Source of the DNA: a virus
Reading direction: 5' to 3' (one strand)
Virus record (IMG/VR): IMGVR_UViG_3300045988_117155
Length of the DNA: 43,750 bases
In this document: positions 41,442-43,750 of the stretch, in pieces
Position numbering within the stretch: the stretch's first letter is position 1
How the letters are laid out: every line of letters begins with the position of its first letter
The notes under the pieces: generated by a model
Seen by the model: only the letters and a program-made list of their open reading frames with translations
Database searches by the model: none
What the model was told of the DNA's origin: nothing
Made by a program: the position numbers and the translations under genes

Positions 41442-42632
41442 TTATCCCTCCGTGATTGATACCGATATATTACTAACCCGGATTATCTCGTCTCGCGCCG
41501 GGTAAACTGAATCGGTGGCGCCGTTTACGGTAAGCTTTGTAATTTCTGACGTGCCTGGTACTGAATAAATTTGTTGATACAGTTTACTGTAAATAAGCGG
41601 CTTGCCTATATCTAAATTGTTTACATATTCAGAAATATTAGCTTTAATATTTTCAATACCATTACTTGAAAATTCGCTGCTGACCGTACAAGTGACTTCT
41701 ATGTTTTCAGGTACCTCTCTGACATAAGAAAATACTACTGCGTGCGTTTCTCCCGATTCGTCTTTAAGATTTACCGTTGTCGTTCCATTTTGTTTTATAC
41801 CAAACGGCTTGCGTTTAAAAATCGCCTCCGCAATTTTTGTGTCCAATCCGCTATTAGCATATATAATGATAGCGTACCTGCCGCTTTCAATAGTTAAATA
41901 ATCAGATATTTTAATATCGCTGTCGGTAGGGTTATCAAGTATAATAACTTTATGAATCCCATTTATTCTCATTAGCCCCGATATAATAGCGCTTTTTGTG
42001 TTTGTTCCCATACCGTCGACGACATTGTTATATCTGTTAAGAAGCGCGATATCGGTTTCGGTATCAGCTCCGTCCGTAACTGTCGATACATATGTGATAG
42101 CCGTTACGTCATTATCGACAGACACAAGGCTGTTTATATCGTATACGTTTCCCACCGTTCCTGCTTCGGTGCATTGAACGTTTACCTCGCCGTAGTACAT
42201 TTCAATATCGTTTTGATTACCATCATATTCAGATATAACGCAGTCTGCCGCTGTGTAAAACACAATACCGCCCCGTGACTTAACCAACGTGCCTTTGCCG
42301 AGCATGTGATTTACAGTACCGTAAATTCTTATTTTATGTACTGCCGCGATAGCTGTATTTCTGGACATTCTCGCGAAGCTGACATTCCTATCAAGTGATA
42401 CGCCGGTAGCCGTTACCGGTGAAATACTGTAATAGATTTTTTCCATTTCCTCAAATTGCTTTAAATCATACGCGGTTTCAAGGCGAATAAATTTGCCTAA
42501 AGCGGTATTATTATCAGTACAGATGTTTTCGCCAAAAAGCTCTTTTGCACTTTTGATTTTGCTTGCCAGAACTTCGTCGTACGTAGGGCAATAAAATCCT
42601 TTTTCACTTAACCCCCAATCTGCAATATTCAT
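41442..42632 (-). CDS. Baseplate J-like protein (XkdT-like)
   Basis: 396 aa. Position and size fit the baseplate wedge J family. Confidence 0.7.
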   Translation of the reverse strand: MNIADWGLSEKGFYCPTYDEVLASKIKSAKELFGENICTDNNTALGKFIRLETAYDLKQFEEMEKIYYSISPVTATGVSLDRNVSFARMSRNTAIAAVHKIRIYGTVNHMLGKGTLVKSRGGIVFYTAADCVISEYDGNQNDIEMYYGEVNVQCTEAGTVGNVYDINSLVSVDNDVTAITYVSTVTDGADTETDIALLNRYNNVVDGMGTNTKSAIISGLMRINGIHKVIILDNPTDSDIKISDYLTIESGRYAIIIYANSGLDTKIAEAIFKRKPFGIKQNGTTTVNLKDESGETHAVVFSYVREVPENIEVTCTVSSEFSSNGIENIKANISEYVNNLDIGKPLIYSKLYQQIYSVPGTSEITKLTVNGATDSVYPARDEIIRVSNISVSITEG

Positions 42633-42648
42633 ATATCATCACCTCGTC

Positions 42649-43002
42649 TTAATTATAACTGTTGCTAATACTGATAGCCGAGCCGTCTGTTTTTCTGGCT
42701 GTAAAATTTGTTGTGGCAGTACGCGTGATTTTATCTAAGCTATAGTTAAAATCCTCAATGGTATAATTTTTGTCAACCTGATTTATACCGTTTTTAATTT
42801 GAGTTTTAACCATATCTGCCGTTGCGCCTTTACTGAGAATTTGGCGTAAATTTATACCCTCCGTTTCGTCAAAAACGTCCTCGCCCTTATTTGTCTTTAG
42901 CACAGTTTTCATAGTTTGAATTTCAAGCTCCGTATCTTCTGCCATATCAATATTTCCGTCTGTAATCGATACATCGCCGTCAACTATCTTAAAGCCTTTC
43001 AT
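42649..43002 (-). CDS. Baseplate gpW/gp25-like protein (XkdS / DUF2634-like)
   Basis: 117 aa. Contains ...TVLKTNKGEDVFDETEGINL..., as in gp25/W-family proteins. Confidence 0.6.
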   Translation of the reverse strand: MKGFKIVDGDVSITDGNIDMAEDTELEIQTMKTVLKTNKGEDVFDETEGINLRQILSKGATADMVKTQIKNGINQVDKNYTIEDFNYSLDKITRTATTNFTARKTDGSAISISNSYN

Positions 43003-43015
43003 TTTGTCACCACCT

Positions 43016-43405
43016 TTATATTACAGCCAAGATGACGCTGTCATTTATATCGTGATGACGCGTAGGCTTAGCAGTTTTACCACCTAAATTTTCAGCGGTA
43101 ATATCTCTTTCCGATACACCACAATATACAATATCGCCGTCTGTTACGGCAGCGGGTACAATAACCGTCATAGTTTTTGAGCTGTCTTGCCCTGTCGTAT
43201 AAGTTATTGTTTCCTGTTTAACTTTTATATTCTGCGGAATATATACGGCCACTGGTGTCTGCGCTTTCAGCTCGCCCCTTACATTTTTTGAATAAGTGAG
43301 CGGCTGTACACGCGCAATATTGCCGTTCACCGATAATACTTTACCGATAAACGCGGTATGAATATTTACAATTTTGCTCTCAATAAGCATTTCAACAAAA
43401 TTCAT
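43016..43405 (-). CDS. Baseplate spike/plug-like protein (XkdR / DUF2577-like)
   Basis: 129 aa. OB-like N-terminus (...IGKVLSVNGNIARVQPL...). Follows the hub gene. Confidence 0.55.
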   Translation of the reverse strand: MNFVEMLIESKIVNIHTAFIGKVLSVNGNIARVQPLTYSKNVRGELKAQTPVAVYIPQNIKVKQETITYTTGQDSSKTMTVIVPAAVTDGDIVYCGVSERDITAENLGGKTAKPTRHHDINDSVILAVI

Positions 43406-43420
43406 ATTATTTGCCCTTCC

Positions 43421-43750
43421 TTAACTCCACGGCGGTGTTACAAAGGTATAGCTCGCCGTGTTAAGCGTTCTTGTATTTACTCTGTTGCTTGAATTGCCCT
43501 CTACAGTATCAAATGTACCGCCGTCGCTGTCATAGCGTACAAAGCCAACGTGACCGCTTGCGCTGAAGTCGTTTCCTGTATAGTTCCATACAAAAATATC
43601 ACCTCTTTTAGGCGCGTACCCGCTTCCCTGCGCGTGATACGTCCCCCAACCGCTTTTTTGCGCCGCATATGCGTATGCGGCTGCGGACGCATAATTAAAC
43701 GAAGGCAATCCAAATCCGCCTTGTTTTAAACACCATGCTACAAAGATACC
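43421..43750 (-). CDS. C-terminal CHAP peptidase domain of the hub/tail lysin. This is the same gene as 1..1200, with 43652-43750 duplicating 1-99.
   Basis: Contains ...PKRGDIFVWNY...SGHVGFVRY...VEGNSS..., the His and Asn/Glu half of a CHAP domain. The catalytic Cys (PWCGIFVAWC) lies at bases 102-73. The ORF is open to the right edge. Confidence 0.8.
   Translation of the reverse strand, partial: GIFVAWCLKQGGFGLPSFNYASAAAYAYAAQKSGWGTYHAQGSGYAPKRGDIFVWNYTGNDFSASGHVGFVRYDSDGGTFDTVEGNSSNRVNTRTLNTASYTFVTPPWS
43652..43750. repeat. Right copy of the exact 99-bp terminal duplication
   Basis: Identical to bases 1-99. Confidence 0.9.

Noticed and set aside
1-43750. Looked for tRNA, rRNA and tmRNA genes, transposases or IS ends, reverse transcriptases, cas genes, and toxin-antitoxin pairs of known types
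   Set aside because: None was recognised by eye. A cloverleaf or covariance-model scan would be needed to exclude small RNA genes formally.

Overview
The window is a complete, circularly closed genome of a temperate contractile-tailed phage or prophage. Bases 1-99 are identical to 43652-43750, so the unique length is 43,651 bp. Ribosome-binding sites are Firmicutes-style (AGGAGG), and tail and head genes resemble PBSX and SPP1 types. Only the three lysogeny genes and two small RNAs lie on the + strand.

Modules, read along the minus strand:
- Switch, 28.9-29.3 kb: divergent Cro-like and CI-like genes with palindromic operators.
- Early/replication, 28.8 -> 17.9 kb: DUF2800-type nuclease, a secreted protein, T7 gp2.5-like SSB, family A DNA polymerase, a helical protein, a divergent ThyX, dUTPase, primase-helicase, VRR-NUC and an SNF2 helicase.
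- Late activator, 17.5-17.9 kb.
- Packaging and head, 17.3 -> 8.3 kb: TerS, TerL, portal, MuF/gp7 with a C-terminal extension, scaffold, an HExxH protein, major capsid and connectors.
- Tail, 8.2 kb -> 1, wrapping to 43.7 -> 38.1 kb: sheath, tube, chaperone, tape measure, a hub-CHAP lysin that crosses the circular junction, baseplate and a beta-helix fibre.
- Lysis, 38.1 -> 36.3 kb: XkdX-like, XhlA-like, holin and amidase.
- Accessory island, 36.3 -> 32.3 kb, followed by the convergent serine integrase.

No tRNA, rRNA, CRISPR array, transposase or reverse transcriptase was seen.

The most interesting feature is the accessory island. It holds two paralogous control cassettes. Each runs inverted-repeat operators, then a 45-aa hydrophilic ORF, then a convergent cis-antisense small RNA with its own TGnTATAAT promoter and terminator, then the RBS of a cargo gene. 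The cargoes are a SprT-like protease, and an operon of an unknown 187-aa protein, an HsdM-like protein with a degenerate catalytic motif, and a terminal XRE HTH.

Other notable points:
- A diverged 240-300 bp non-coding module occurs in two direct copies 12.5 kb apart, after the primase gene and beside the integrase.
- An HNH (COG3183-type) nuclease is translationally coupled between the repressor and integrase genes.
- MuF with its C-terminal extension and the small overlapping ORF form a candidate toxin/immunity pair.
- One protein is built around near-perfect 27-bp tandem repeats.

All functional calls rest on motif recognition by eye. No database search was possible.
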